A stretch of DNA of 64,000 nt from Flectonema sp. DT1601. Lineage: Eukaryota. The position numbers were made by a program, and so were the translations under genes. Every line of letters starts with the position of its first letter. The first letter of the stretch is position 1. Shown one piece after another: positions 11,175-22,501 of this stretch. The notes under the pieces were generated by a model that saw nothing but the letters and a program-made list of their open reading frames with translations, ran no database searches and was not told the origin of the DNA. Location: positions 992,001 to 1,056,000 of the forward strand of contig OZ025804.1 of assembly GCA_964019425.1 (NCBI GenBank), given 5' to 3'.

Positions 11175-12836
11175 TCACACCTTTTCTTCTCCTTCATTTT
11201 TCTTTGAGGAGTGTGATGAAGCAGTTGATATGTTTTTTGTTTCCGGAAATGCGGTTGCGATAACTCTTTTCATTTCGTAAGCAGCACCCATACCTTCCGA
11301 TGCATCCAACCCACGTTCTTCATCACTAGCAGAAACTCTTAGAAGATTGAGTTTCGATAGAATAAAAAAAGTAACAATAGAGGCTCCAAATGACCACAGC
11401 GCAACACAAAGTGCGAATAGAAGCTGAACGTCAAATTGATTACCTCCATCAGCCTGGTTGTAGAACCCATCTAAATACTTTCCATCTCTCAGTGAGTTGG
11501 TACTGTAGGCTCTGTAGACGTTTTCTGAATGAGCGAAAATGCCGACTGAAATGACTCCCCAGATACCACAAGCTCCGTGGACTGGAAAGGCGTCAAGTGG
11601 ATCATCGATTTCGAGTCCTCTCAGCATAGCTGATGCTCCAACGTAAGTCATTCCACCAATGACACCAATCACTACGGCTCCCCAAGGTTCGATTACAGCA
11701 CAACCAGCTGTGATGGAAACGAGTCCTCCCAGAATTCCATTCAAAAGAGTAGAAATATCATAGGCAGTCTCACGTTTCTTAAACGCTACCAAAATCCTGT
11801 TGAAGATGAGAGCACCTAACCCTCCCATTGCTGCTCCCAACGTAGTTGTGGCGGCAACCTTAGCTGCTACAGCACCAGCTCCTCCAGTGATAGCCAGAGT
11901 TGACACGCAGTTGAATCCATACCACCCAAACCAAAGAATGAATACACCTAAAGCTTGTTGTGGGATACTGTGAGGAGCGAATTGTGCTTCTGAAACACCT
12001 GAAATTGAATTGTTAAAATATTACAAAAACCTTTCTTCAATAATAAAAGATTACATACCATTCTCAAATCTATAACCTGTTGCAAGAGCAGCTGGGTCTT
12101 CCTGTCCTGTAAGTCTTCCTCTTCTAGGTCCTAACATTACTGATCCAGCGAGAGCAGAAAACCCACCAGTCATGTGGACTACACCAGAACCTGCGAAATC
12201 GATAACTCCGAGTTGACCGTATTTAAAGCAGTCCTTTGATCCGTCGTTGAATGCTGATGCCCATCCACATGAAGACCAACCCCAGTGGACAACAACTGGA
12301 TAGATAATTGCTATCAATAAAGTAGTGTAAACAAAGTAAGCACCGAGACGACATCTTTCCGCTACAGCACCAGATACGATGGTCGCGGCAGTGGCTGCGA
12401 AAGCCCATTGGAACAGCCAACTAGCGTGATCAGGGCCTCCAGATGCTATATTGGTATCGGAAGCAGATGCTGATATTAAAAAGAACTGACCGGCACCAAT
12501 GAAAGATGTTTCTGCATCTGATGTTCCGTAAGCAAATCCCCATCCGCAAACCCAGAATAGTGTAGCGCTGAGTACTCCGTCCATGGTGTTTTTGAACAGA
12601 ATGGATGTGACATTCCATGTGCGAACTGTTCCTGATTCCAACATTGCAAAACCAGCCTGCATGAGGAATACCAATGCAGCTCCGAACAGTAACCAGGCGA
12701 TGTTCACACCCTCGTCCACAGATACCTTCCGTGTTTGCAGTCCTTCAATCTCACCAATCAGCTTTAAGGCTAGGTCATGGTTAACCAATGTTGCTGTTGA
12801 TAATGTTTGCGTTATGGACTCTGTCGGCGAAGACAT
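11175..12836 (-). CDS. AMT: Ammonium transporter (Amt family), 2 exons; intron 11999-12058
   Basis: Motifs MQAGFAMLESG, FQWAFAATAATIVSGAVAER, DFAGSGVVH, DDPLDAFPVHG. Removing the 60-nt GTATGT..CAG intron joins the two ORFs through ...LGVFILWFGWYGFN. Confidence 0.95.
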
Positions 12837-13624
12837 TTTTTTTTTTTTTTTTTTTTCTTAATCGAACTGATGATAACAAAAAGAAAATGAAAATTAATAA
12901 CAAAAATGATCCCTTGATCTCACGATACATAACAAGAACGATTCTTAATCAGAACAACTGATCCTCTCCGTGTTCATATTTAGTATCCAATGGTATATAC
13001 TTATGTCAGATTCCTTTCTGCCTCTAAAAAGTGTCTTACAGTTGAATAGGTTTAATGTGTCCCAACTTTAGGCATCGGAAAGAGAGAGAAAAACGATTTC
13101 GACGGTAATATTTTTTCATGAGGAGGGACAATCCCTTAATCTCCCGTGTTTGATGACATCTCTTTGGAGTTTTAGATTCAGAATGAGCCGCCAGCAATAA
13201 TAGTGTCTTCAGAAGAACAAGACTCACGTTGATAAACCATGCTTGCGCTCCTCAAGACCATCACTCACTCAGAGGCTAACTTTCAGCCAGTACAACAACG
13301 AAAACATGATGCTAGTGTTTTCTCTAGCTAAAAATAGAGGTGAAAACCCTCCACGCATTTTCTTACAGTTTCTTTTTATAAAGGCACCCTGTAAAAGTCC
13401 TATGAGGATTGATTTCCAACTGCCAAACTCCAGAATGTGTCAAATCAACACCCAGAGAGAATTCGACAAAATTACCTCCCGGACTCCACCCCAAACGGAC
13501 CAAGAAATCAAAATTAATACTGATTTCCTTTCCTTTTTTTTTTTTTTTTTAGACGCTGGCAGTGACTATAAATATGTTTTTTTCAAGAAACATGGAAGGA
13601 TATATTTATCGGGTCAAAATTATT

Positions 13625-13870
13625 TTTGCGACCAAAAAAAAACACCATTTTCTCACTCCCTGAGCAAGGTTACACGACTTGTTATTTTTGCTCGAATATT
13701 TACTCTTTTTTGGAATCAGGGAAGGTTCTATCTGTCAAAGACGTACTTTTAAACATACTTAGTTGCTGCCAAAAAGATAAACGTCTCTTTGCAGGATTTC
13801 CTAGGTACTCAATGATAAATCCCAGACCTGTAATGGAAAGGTCGAGAAAATCGGAGTAAAAAACACCCCT
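13625..13870. repeat. Partial copy of the left arm of the TIR element at 61431-62594
   Basis: Aligns by eye with 61446-61686 (ACACCATTTTCTCAC..CCTGAGCAAGGTTACA...AATCCCAGACCTG.AATGGAAAG.TCGAGAAAATC.GAGTAAAAAACACCCCT). Confidence 0.8.
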
Positions 13871-14166
13871 GATTATACATTTTTTGGCAGAACTTTATTA
13901 AAAAAAACATTAGATAAAAACCAGAAAAAGAAGCGTTGCCATGATTGAAGCTCTATTCGTACACAAGCTATTGAACAAGTCTTTTTTTTCTTCTTTTTAA
14001 ATAGAGTTATAAACACATCTCTCTGTTTGCTGCTACCTTAACCAATATTATCATTTACTATAATTATAGTTTCTAGCTTTCAATTACTATTTAGAATAAC
14101 AAACGAATAAACAAAACATAACGAAAACGATAAAATTATAATCACTACCTCACATCTAGTGAGCTA

Positions 14167-15294
14167 TTAATTACGGCTTACATAACACTGCTCGAAGACA
14201 GCCCTATTATTACTAGGCAGCTGAACAGACTCATGGGCGATGGTTTTGTGCAGGAATCCATCTCCTACTTCAGTGACACTACTAAGACTTGAAAGGTCAA
14301 GAGCAGTGAGTTGCGAACAGGAAGACAAGAAATTACTTCCAATAGTAGTGAGACTACTGAAACCTGAAAGGTCAAGAGCAGTGAGTTGTGAACAGGAAGA
14401 CAAGAAACCCCGTCCAATAGTTGTGACACTACTAAGGCCTGAAAGGTCAATAGCAGTGAGTTTTGAACATTCATACAAGAAATAACTTCCAATAGTAGTG
14501 AGTCTACGAAGACCTGAAAGTTCAATAGCAGTGAGTTGTGAACAGGAAGACAAGAAACCATTTCCAATAGTTGTGACACTACTAAGGCCTGAAAGGTCAA
14601 CAGCAGTGAGTTGTGAACAAGAGGCCGCGAAACCTTCTCCAATAGTTGTGACACTACTAAGGCCTGAAAGGTCAATAGCAGTGAGTTTTGAACATTCATA
14701 CAAGAAACCTAGTCCAATAGTTGTGACACTACTAAGACTTGTAAGGTCAACAGAAGTGAGTTGTGAACAGAAGGCCACGAAAAAACCTCCAATAGTGGTG
14801 ACACTACTAAGACCCGAAAGGTCAAGAGAAGTGATTGAAGATCTCTGCAAGAATTGTTGTGAGAAGATTTTGATGTTGGAATTTGAATTGCGGAAAGAAA
14901 TCCGTTCGGCGACAGAAGGCAGCATATCATTACTAACACTGAGGCAACCATCTTCTGAGAATGTAGGGGTGTCTAGGTTTAAGTATTCCTCATTGTGGTT
15001 TCCAAGCCATTGAAGCAGCTTCTCCCGCTTCGATTCATCAACAAACCAGCATTTACCAAATAACCGAAACAACTTCTTCCGCATTTCCATCTCGCTGTCT
15101 GCACCCAATCCATGATCTGCCAGACGCTCAGTTTCGTCAAGGGTGTCACCAGCGAACGAGAGTTCAACTTCCTCCGGATCGACATCCCACTCAAAAGCCG
15201 CCCCCTTCAACACGTCGCTCACAAGGGAATCAACACCAACTGTGACTGACACAGCAGCGAGTTCCAATTCAGGGAATGTCACAAAAACCTGCAT
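14167..15294 (-). CDS. Ubiquitin-like domain plus BspA-type LRR protein, copy 1 (8 LRR modules, in-frame C-cap)
   Basis: N-terminus MQVFV...LSFAGDTL...LADHG aligns with ubiquitin MQIFV...LIFAGKQL...LSDYN; 25-aa repeats LTAVDLSGLSSVTTIGxxFxxxCSQ. ATG is 16 nt after a pyrimidine tract plus CAG. Confidence 0.88.
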   Translation of the reverse strand: MQVFVTFPELELAAVSVTVGVDSLVSDVLKGAAFEWDVDPEEVELSFAGDTLDETERLADHGLGADSEMEMRKKLFRLFGKCWFVDESKREKLLQWLGNHNEEYLNLDTPTFSEDGCLSVSNDMLPSVAERISFRNSNSNIKIFSQQFLQRSSITSLDLSGLSSVTTIGGFFVAFCSQLTSVDLTSLSSVTTIGLGFLYECSKLTAIDLSGLSSVTTIGEGFAASCSQLTAVDLSGLSSVTTIGNGFLSSCSQLTAIELSGLRRLTTIGSYFLYECSKLTAIDLSGLSSVTTIGRGFLSSCSQLTALDLSGFSSLTTIGSNFLSSCSQLTALDLSSLSSVTEVGDGFLHKTIAHESVQLPSNNRAVFEQCYVSRN

Positions 15295-16322
15295 TGTTTT
15301 GAGTGATCTGCTGAAAGACAAGAAAGGAACGTTAAATGCAATTCAGTAACAACAGTTCACACACTTTATCAAGGGAGTGCCCAAACTCAATGCGTAACAA
15401 TCAACTGTAAATGAAATAAGGTTCATAATTAAAACATAAAATAAAATATTTTGTATCGCCGTCTTCTTCTGGGAAGAAACGTATTAATAAAAAAAGAGCT
15501 AAAACACCAAAATGTGAGTGAGGATTACTTCCGCGCGAAGCAACGGCTGTCATTTTCTTCGGATAACTGTCGAAGAATGTATTTATTGGGCGCGCAATTC
15601 GAACCCCCTTACCTTCGAGAGCAGAAGGTTCCTTCGCCATCTCAACAACGGAAAATGACAAACACGCGAATGCGAGATGTTAAGTTCTGCAGAGAAAAGA
15701 ATACTCGCGTCACAATAATTAAATATATGGAGAAAATAGCATTGGCTGCAGTGAATGTTTGTACTGCTTTCTCGAAAGTAGACACCGCAACAAAGGAAAA
15801 GTCAAAAGGTGTTAGGACGACCTTTATTTCAAGAAAAGTGCTTTTCTGGTACATTTCAGTCATCGTGAAGTCAGGCTGATTATTTGCTTTCTTAAAAAGT
15901 GAATATCGCTATCCATCATCTCTGTCTCTGGGAACCGATCCCCCTAAATTAACTAATCTCTTTCTGACATTCTGTTATGATGTGTTTAATTATTGATGAG
16001 ATTATTATTGTTATTATTTACAAACACTTTGAAACTAACGAGTTTAAAGAGAAAATGGGAAAGTGAAACAAGATTAATATCAAAGTACTTGACTAACCGT
16101 TCGATTTTGTACGTAAAATACAAAAGTATTGTATCATAACACCAGTTTTAGACACAGTTGACTAAGGGGTAATGTTAGTGAAGGTTGACGTAAATACTTT
16201 ACATTATAATAAATGTTTCTAACTTAGCTGCATCCACATCTCCCTTTGGGAAAGAGAGAGGGTCTCGTATGCTTTCTTGTGAGGTCGGGAATGATGAAGT
16301 TGATGAAGAAAATATTTAGTAA

Positions 16323-16861
16323 TTATTCCGCGATTAAAATAAAATAAAATAAAATACAAACCATCAACATCGAGTCGATCAATACTAAATCCTTACTGAC
16401 TCCAGATAGTGTTGTTTGATAGTGTTCAAAGTTATATTTAAGTTCTGGATACGTTGCCTGTTTTTTTTTTTTTTTTTTTTTTTTGTACCTTCAAACCCAT
16501 TGTCCTTAGAAAGAAGTAAGAAAGTTAAAAGTTTGCTGATTTCTTTTTTTTTTTTTTTTTTTGAAAAATTTTGTGTGGAATGAGGGATTTTCCCTTTCTT
16601 TTAAAATGTTGTTAGATGGGGGTTTTTTTCTTTTTACAAAATAATTAAAAAAAAATAATAACAAAAACACACCTCCGACATCCTATTAAATGCTGCGAGC
16701 TTTGTTGACATTTGAGCCATTTTAACAATGCTGTCATTTTGAAAACTTTTTACTTTCTCAAATGATTCCGCGTCTGACATAGCAACTGTTGCTTCGTGTA
16801 AAGGATGCTCTCGTCTTCGTATTACCGGAGGATCCTCCGTGGCTACATCTCGATTGTCCAT
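16323..16861 (-). CDS. KxDL-motif protein (KXD1/BORCS4-like), spliced; intron 16458-16672; 3' end uncertain
   Basis: Exon 1 ...KLAAFNRMSE joins via GT..CAG to exon 2 ATYPELKYNFEHYQTTLSGVSKDLVLIDSML, giving the FNxLS...F..H...L....KxDL pattern. A second intron (16276-16361) and a third exon to about 16219 are possible. Confidence 0.7.
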
Positions 16862-17420
16862 TGCTGATCAAAGTAATTAAATTTATTTATTTTTACTCCA
16901 GAAAACGACAATTTCTATTATAGCCTATACATAGATGGAAGTGTCCTCCAAATTGTAGGGCACTTCCATCCATGACTATACTTGATTGAACAATAATAAA
17001 TCAATAAAAAATTATAAACTACCTCCCCAGCTTTTTTGTGAAAAGCACAACACACAACACAAAACTCACATAGACCCGGATAGCTCTTCAAGGGTCTCCT
17101 GCGGTAGCAACGATGAAACTAATCCATAATCCATAGAAAACTATTTTATCTAATTTCGACACAGGGCATACAAGAACAAGAGATCTACTACCTCAGTGTT
17201 TCCACCTTGTCTAGTACAGCAGGATATGTTGAAATATATTTAAAAAAATAATTTAAAAAAAAAAAATAAAAAACTCAAGTTATTGATAGTTTGTACTCCA
17301 TCAGGTTCACTGAATCCAAAAAAGAGATTCGGAGCGCGTGACATGACATAATTCTAACTCTCACGTTTACAAAAAAAAAAATAATAAGAAAAACAACACA
17401 AAGAGAATATAAAAAAAGAA

Positions 17421-17556
17421 AACCATTCAGGTGAAAAGCCTATATGTTTTGTTTGCAAGACAGTATTACTGGCGGCACGAAATAGACAACATTTGAACAT
17501 AATAAATAAACAGGCTACTGATGAATAGTTTTTTCTCCGACTTCGTCCATCGGTGC
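17421..17556 (+). repeat. ~135-bp dispersed repeat with inverted ends and a terminal hairpin, copy A (diverged)
   Basis: AACCATTCAG...TGAATAGTT..CTCCGACTTCGTC..CGGTGC, flanked by A runs. Confidence 0.7.
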
Positions 17557-17958
17557 AAAAAAAAGAAAAAAAAATATTAGATTAGGCTTTCAGTGACTAC
17601 ATAAAAATGTGTCTTGTGTGTGCCTGAAACTGTTGTGCTTCACAGCACGACATGTGCTGGAAAAAAATAACGGGAAAAGAAAATCAGATGAGTTGGGAAA
17701 CTACCCTGTTTACAGAATAGTGGTTCTTCTGGTTTATGTTTCCTACAAATAAAAGGTGGGTCTGAACAAAAAAAAAAAAAAAAAAAAAACTGTATATTAA
17801 ATAGTATGTATTTATCCACCCCCTCCAGTATGACACAATAAACACACAACAAACTACGACCATCATATCATCGAGAACCGTGAACAGCTCTAATCCCACA
17901 GACATTAATTGATATGTTTTTTTTATTATTATTATTAATCATTAGCAGCTTAGTTTCA

Positions 17959-18498
17959 TCATGTGGAAGTTTCCACAATTTCTAACATCACTTCAGAAAA
18001 CACTGACTGTGGACACAACGCAAAAAGGGTAGCCGGATAACAAGAAAGACCCCAATGGGGATGGCTGAGCATTGAACAACCTCCTGCAGATGTTCCAACG
18101 TGCGTAGTTGTGTATGGAAGAATACTTTCCATAGCTGAAACTTCCGCATACGGACATGCACCTCGAATTGTTGGGTAGCCTGTGGTTGGGTCGACGTAGT
18201 CACACCAGAAACCTTTATCTTTAATTTTATTTTTAATCTCTCTCGCGAATGCAAAAAATATTTCTAACAACCGATCCTTCTCAACTGAGGCCTCCGCTGT
18301 GAATTCAATCACAGAGCATTCACACTTTTGAAATGTCGGAATCAACAGTAACTGTCCAACCTGATCTTTTTCTATCTCCGGCAAACAGGGTTGTATTTCC
18401 GGTATTAATGATGCCGAAACCTTGTGTACCGAATACTCTATGTCGTTACCCTTATGCGATATGATGTTAGGATGTATTAGGGTATTCCTCTTCTTCAT
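17959..18498 (-). CDS. MMADHC: MMADHC/CblD-like cobalamin trafficking protein (DUF2246)
   Basis: Motifs IPTFQK, EKDRLLEIFFAFAREI, GFWCDYVDPTTGYP, GCSMLSHPHWG..YPATLF. Confidence 0.85.
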   Translation of the reverse strand: MKKRNTLIHPNIISHKGNDIEYSVHKVSASLIPEIQPCLPEIEKDQVGQLLLIPTFQKCECSVIEFTAEASVEKDRLLEIFFAFAREIKNKIKDKGFWCDYVDPTTGYPTIRGACPYAEVSAMESILPYTTTHVGTSAGGCSMLSHPHWGLSCYPATLFALCPQSVFSEVMLEIVETST

Positions 18499-19577
18499 TT
18501 TATTTACTTATTTTTCTTTCTTTTTCTTTTTTTATATGTAATAGACTCCCACCCCCTCCTGTTTCTTTTTTTTGGAAAAGAAAATATAATTGCTTGACAA
18601 TACAGCAGATAAATTTTCGAGACGGTGAAGATGGCAATGAGACTAGAAGTAATGAGCGTGCGAAGATTTCTATTCCGCACGAGTGGTGGTTTTTGTTACA
18701 TGGCAGGGATACCCATTCCTGTGAAAGTTGGGGCAGTTGCATTGGTAGTCCTTGTTTACTACAAAATTAATATCCAGCCAGCAATGTTCTTCCTCATTCC
18801 ATTTTTTTTTTATATATAATAAACTCAAACCTCCCCTCCTGCTTAGAAAACAAAACATAATTTCTTAATAATACATCCCAGCAGATAAAAATACGAGACG
18901 GTGAAGATGGCAATGAGACTAGAAGTAATGAGCGTGCGAAGATTTCTATTCCGCACGAGTAGTGGTTTTTGTAAGTAACCTTGAAACAATCTAACATCAA
19001 AAAAGAATGAAAAATAAAGGAAAAAAGTTGGACAGAGAGTTGGTAAGTTCGCTTTCCATTCACCGCTTGAACCTGAGAACCGGAGGAATATAAACAAGCT
19101 GAGAAGTATCCACATTGTGAATGGGGTGTAAATTATTATTTTCGCGTAGGGCAGTGCCAGTCCCCCAACGTGAGAAGAGCGGGCGGGCAATTCAAAGTTA
19201 GTCACCCGAAATATGTTTAGAAGGGTATTTTACATTGATTTTAAAGAAAAGTACAAGAGGAAGATCTAATGTTGACTATATAGGATGACAAAAAATTAAC
19301 GAAACAAATAAGAATACAATTCACCACCGCTGTGATGAAGCGACATGCTGTGGTTTAATTAACCAGTTGGATTCCTCTTGTTCGTAACAGTTCCAAGTTG
19401 ACACTTCATTGTAGACACGACATGCGGCCTGACACAGAAGGCTCTCAGACTCACTAGAGAGACACCTTAGCCTAAACCCACAACCCCTCGAAGACAGTTT
19501 TACTAATTTCAAGCAGCTGAATAGACTCATGCTTGATTCTTCCCAGTAATCTATTTGCTACTTCAGTCAAACTATCT

Positions 19578-20471
19578 TCACCAACGAATTCCAAAAGTTG
19601 TGACACTACTAAGACTTGAAAGGTCAACAGCAGTGAGTTGCGGACAGAAATACAAGAAACAATTTCCAATAGTTGTGACACTACTAAGACCTGAAAGGTC
19701 AACAGCAGTGAGTTGTGCACAGCCAAACAAGAAATAACTTTTAATAGTTGTGACACTACTAAGACTTGAAAGGTCAACAGCAGTGAGTTGTGAACAGCAA
19801 TACAAGAAACTATTTCCAATAGTTGTGACACTACTAAGACTTGAAAGGTCAACAGCAGTGAGCTGTGAACAGCAAGACAAGAAACAACTTTCAATAGTTG
19901 TGACACTACAGAGACCTGAAAGGTCAATAGCAGTGAGTTGTGAACAGGAGTCCACAAAACCATCTCCAATAGCTGTGACACTACTAAGACCCGAAAGGTC
20001 AAGAGAAGTGATTGAAGAATCCTGCAGGAAGTTTTGTGAGATGATTGTGATGCCGGAATTTGAATTGCGGAAAGAAATCCGTTCGGCGACAGAAGGCAGC
20101 ATATCATTACTAACACTGAGGCAACCATCTTCTGAGAATGTAGGGGTGTCTAGGTTTAAGTATTCCTCATTGTGGTTTCCAAGCCATTGAAGCAGCTTCT
20201 CCCGCTTCGATTCATCAACAAACCAGCATTTACCAAATAACCGAAACAACTTCTTCCGCATTTCCATCTCGCTGTCTGCACCCAATACATGATCTGCCAG
20301 ACGCTCAGTTTCGTCAAGGGTGTCACCAGCGAACGAGAGTTCAACTTCCTCCGGATCGACATCCCACTCAAAAGCCGCCCCCTTCAACACGTCGCTCACA
20401 AGGGAATCAACACCAACTGTGACTGACACAGCAGCGAGTTCCAATTCAGGGAATGTCACAAAAACCTGCAT
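19578..20471 (-). CDS. UBL-LRR protein copy 2 (6 modules, ends FGIRW*, C-cap in +1 frame)
   Basis: Same N-terminus as copy 1; LRR modules; TGA at 19578-19580. Confidence 0.8.
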   Translation of the reverse strand: MQVFVTFPELELAAVSVTVGVDSLVSDVLKGAAFEWDVDPEEVELSFAGDTLDETERLADHVLGADSEMEMRKKLFRLFGKCWFVDESKREKLLQWLGNHNEEYLNLDTPTFSEDGCLSVSNDMLPSVAERISFRNSNSGITIISQNFLQDSSITSLDLSGLSSVTAIGDGFVDSCSQLTAIDLSGLCSVTTIESCFLSCCSQLTAVDLSSLSSVTTIGNSFLYCCSQLTAVDLSSLSSVTTIKSYFLFGCAQLTAVDLSGLSSVTTIGNCFLYFCPQLTAVDLSSLSSVTTFGIRW

Positions 20472-22501
20472 TGTTTTGAGTGATCTGCTGAAAGACAAGA
20501 AAGGAACGTTAAATGCAATGCGGTAACAGATACGATCCATACATTAACTCATACTCGGATGCTCCTTAAAACTTAGAATGCCGAGGGCGACGTTTCTCTT
20601 ACACCCCGAACACATCACCGTACCGCAGTTCTTGCAGCTGATGCTCGAGCTGGTTCCAGATCCTGATTTAGTTTTGTATGCTGCGAGAGTGATGAACAAT
20701 ACGAAATTCATTTGGCAATTATTTTCATCTCTTCACCCACATCATGTGTTGGAACAACCTTGTAAAAAAGAGAGAAGTAATTATATCGAACGGAAAGACC
20801 TTTTTCAATTTAGTGCTTTGCGGAAAAAAGTGAATCGGTAAACTTCACTTTTTACTTTCTTATTCACATTTTTATTTTATTTTGTCCCAACCGGTACAAA
20901 ATCCTAATAAAGGAATAGGTTAGCACAATTCTCTTTCTACCGAAAAATGGGTTTGTAGTACAAAAAAAAATAAAGGACAATTACTCTTGAGGAAAGAATA
21001 AAATTAATATCCAGCCAGTTAATCTCACAACGTTAGTTAGTATTAATAATTATCAGTCAATCAAAAAAAAGTAAAATTTCGTAGGACAACAAACAAATAA
21101 TGGTTGGTTTCGGGCTAAGATTAAAAGCAATCTTTTTTCGGACCATTCCCCTTACCCAGCCCTCTTCAGCGAAGACAGCAAGGGGACACAACGTTAGTAT
21201 CATTAATGTTAGAACAGAAAAGTGAGAATAAGAAAAGTAGAGATTAATAAAAGAAAAGTATTCATTTCCACAGTTTCTTAACATCAAAAGGGTAATAGAA
21301 TATGTAGTTTCAGAAGCCTTAATCTTATACTACTTGTCCCTTTTTAGGCCTTCACCAGTAAGTTCTAAGGGACTTCATTCTATGTTGAAGTTGCTATCGT
21401 TCTAAGATAAGAATCCATCGGAGCTCGCCAGGATAGGGCTAGCAATGTTTATTTGCTTTTGTTCAATTGGGACACAACGTTAGTTAGTTAGCAAAATACA
21501 AACTAATGACTACGAGGGGTCTGGGTAGCCCGCATCAGTAAGGACCCAATCGCGAAGATTGTAGTTTCATAGTATTGGCTGGAAGTAATCGACTTCCAGC
21601 CTCCACCCTGCCCAGAGAACAGGTTGTAAACAACTAAAGAAAATAAAAGAGAAATGATCAGGGAGTGTGAAAAAAAATAAAAAATCTTCTTTCTTCCATA
21701 TATGTCTTTCTTTATAATACGATCACATGTGCCAAATGCCCACACATCACGAAAGTAAATAGAAAACCCTGAACAGCACCGAGGATCGTTCATCCAAAAC
21801 ATTATAATTGTACTGCGGGCTTACCGAAAAGCTTTAGAAATGTACCACAAAAAATTGGGCAGCACATAGCAATATCACTCAGCAAGAAATGAAAACCAAA
21901 AGGATCAGGCAAGACGACAGTCATTTTAAGGTCGTACCTGCGCCGAAAAAAGAAATATCTACATTGTGAATGGGGTGTAAATTATTATTTTCACGTAGAG
22001 GGCAGTGCCAGTCCCCCAACGTGAGAAGAGCGGGCGGGCAATTCAAAGTTAGTCACCCGAAACATGTTTAGAAGGGTATTTTACATTGATTTTAAAGAAA
22101 AGTACAAGAGGAAGATCTAATGTTGACTATATAGGATGACAAAAAATTAACGAAACAAATAAGAATACAATTCACCACCGCTGTGATGAAGCGACATGCT
22201 GTGGTTTAATTAACCAGTTGGATTCCTCTTGTTCGTAACAGTTCCAAGTTGACACTTCATTGTAGACACGACATGCGGCCTGACACAGAAGGCTCTCAGA
22301 CTCACTAGAGAGACACCTTAGCCTAAACCCACAACCCCTCGAAGACAGTTTTACTAATTTCAAGCAGCTGAATAGACTCATGCTTGATTCTTCCCAGTAA
22401 TCCATTTGCTACTTCAGTCAAACTATCTTCACCAACGAATTCCAAAAGTTGTGACACTACTAAGACTTGAAAGGTCAAGAGAAGTGAGTTGCGGACAGTA
22501 A

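Noticed and set aside
16930..16975. Palindrome CATAGATGGAAGTG..CACTTCCATCCATG with an inverted relative at about 24922-24960
   Set aside because: Probably a tiny MITE remnant; too short to classify.
20472..20540. Upstream in-frame start MDRICY... for UBL-LRR copies 2-5
   Set aside because: It lies upstream of the pyrimidine-CAG acceptor and is absent in copy 1, and ubiquitin similarity begins at MQVFV.
21505..21605. Possible hammerhead ribozyme (minus CTGATGC-GGGCTACCC-AGAC) beside a perfect 10-bp hairpin GGCTGGAAGT/ACTTCCAGCC
   Set aside because: Core deviates from CUGANGA...GAAA and stems I/III could not be built.
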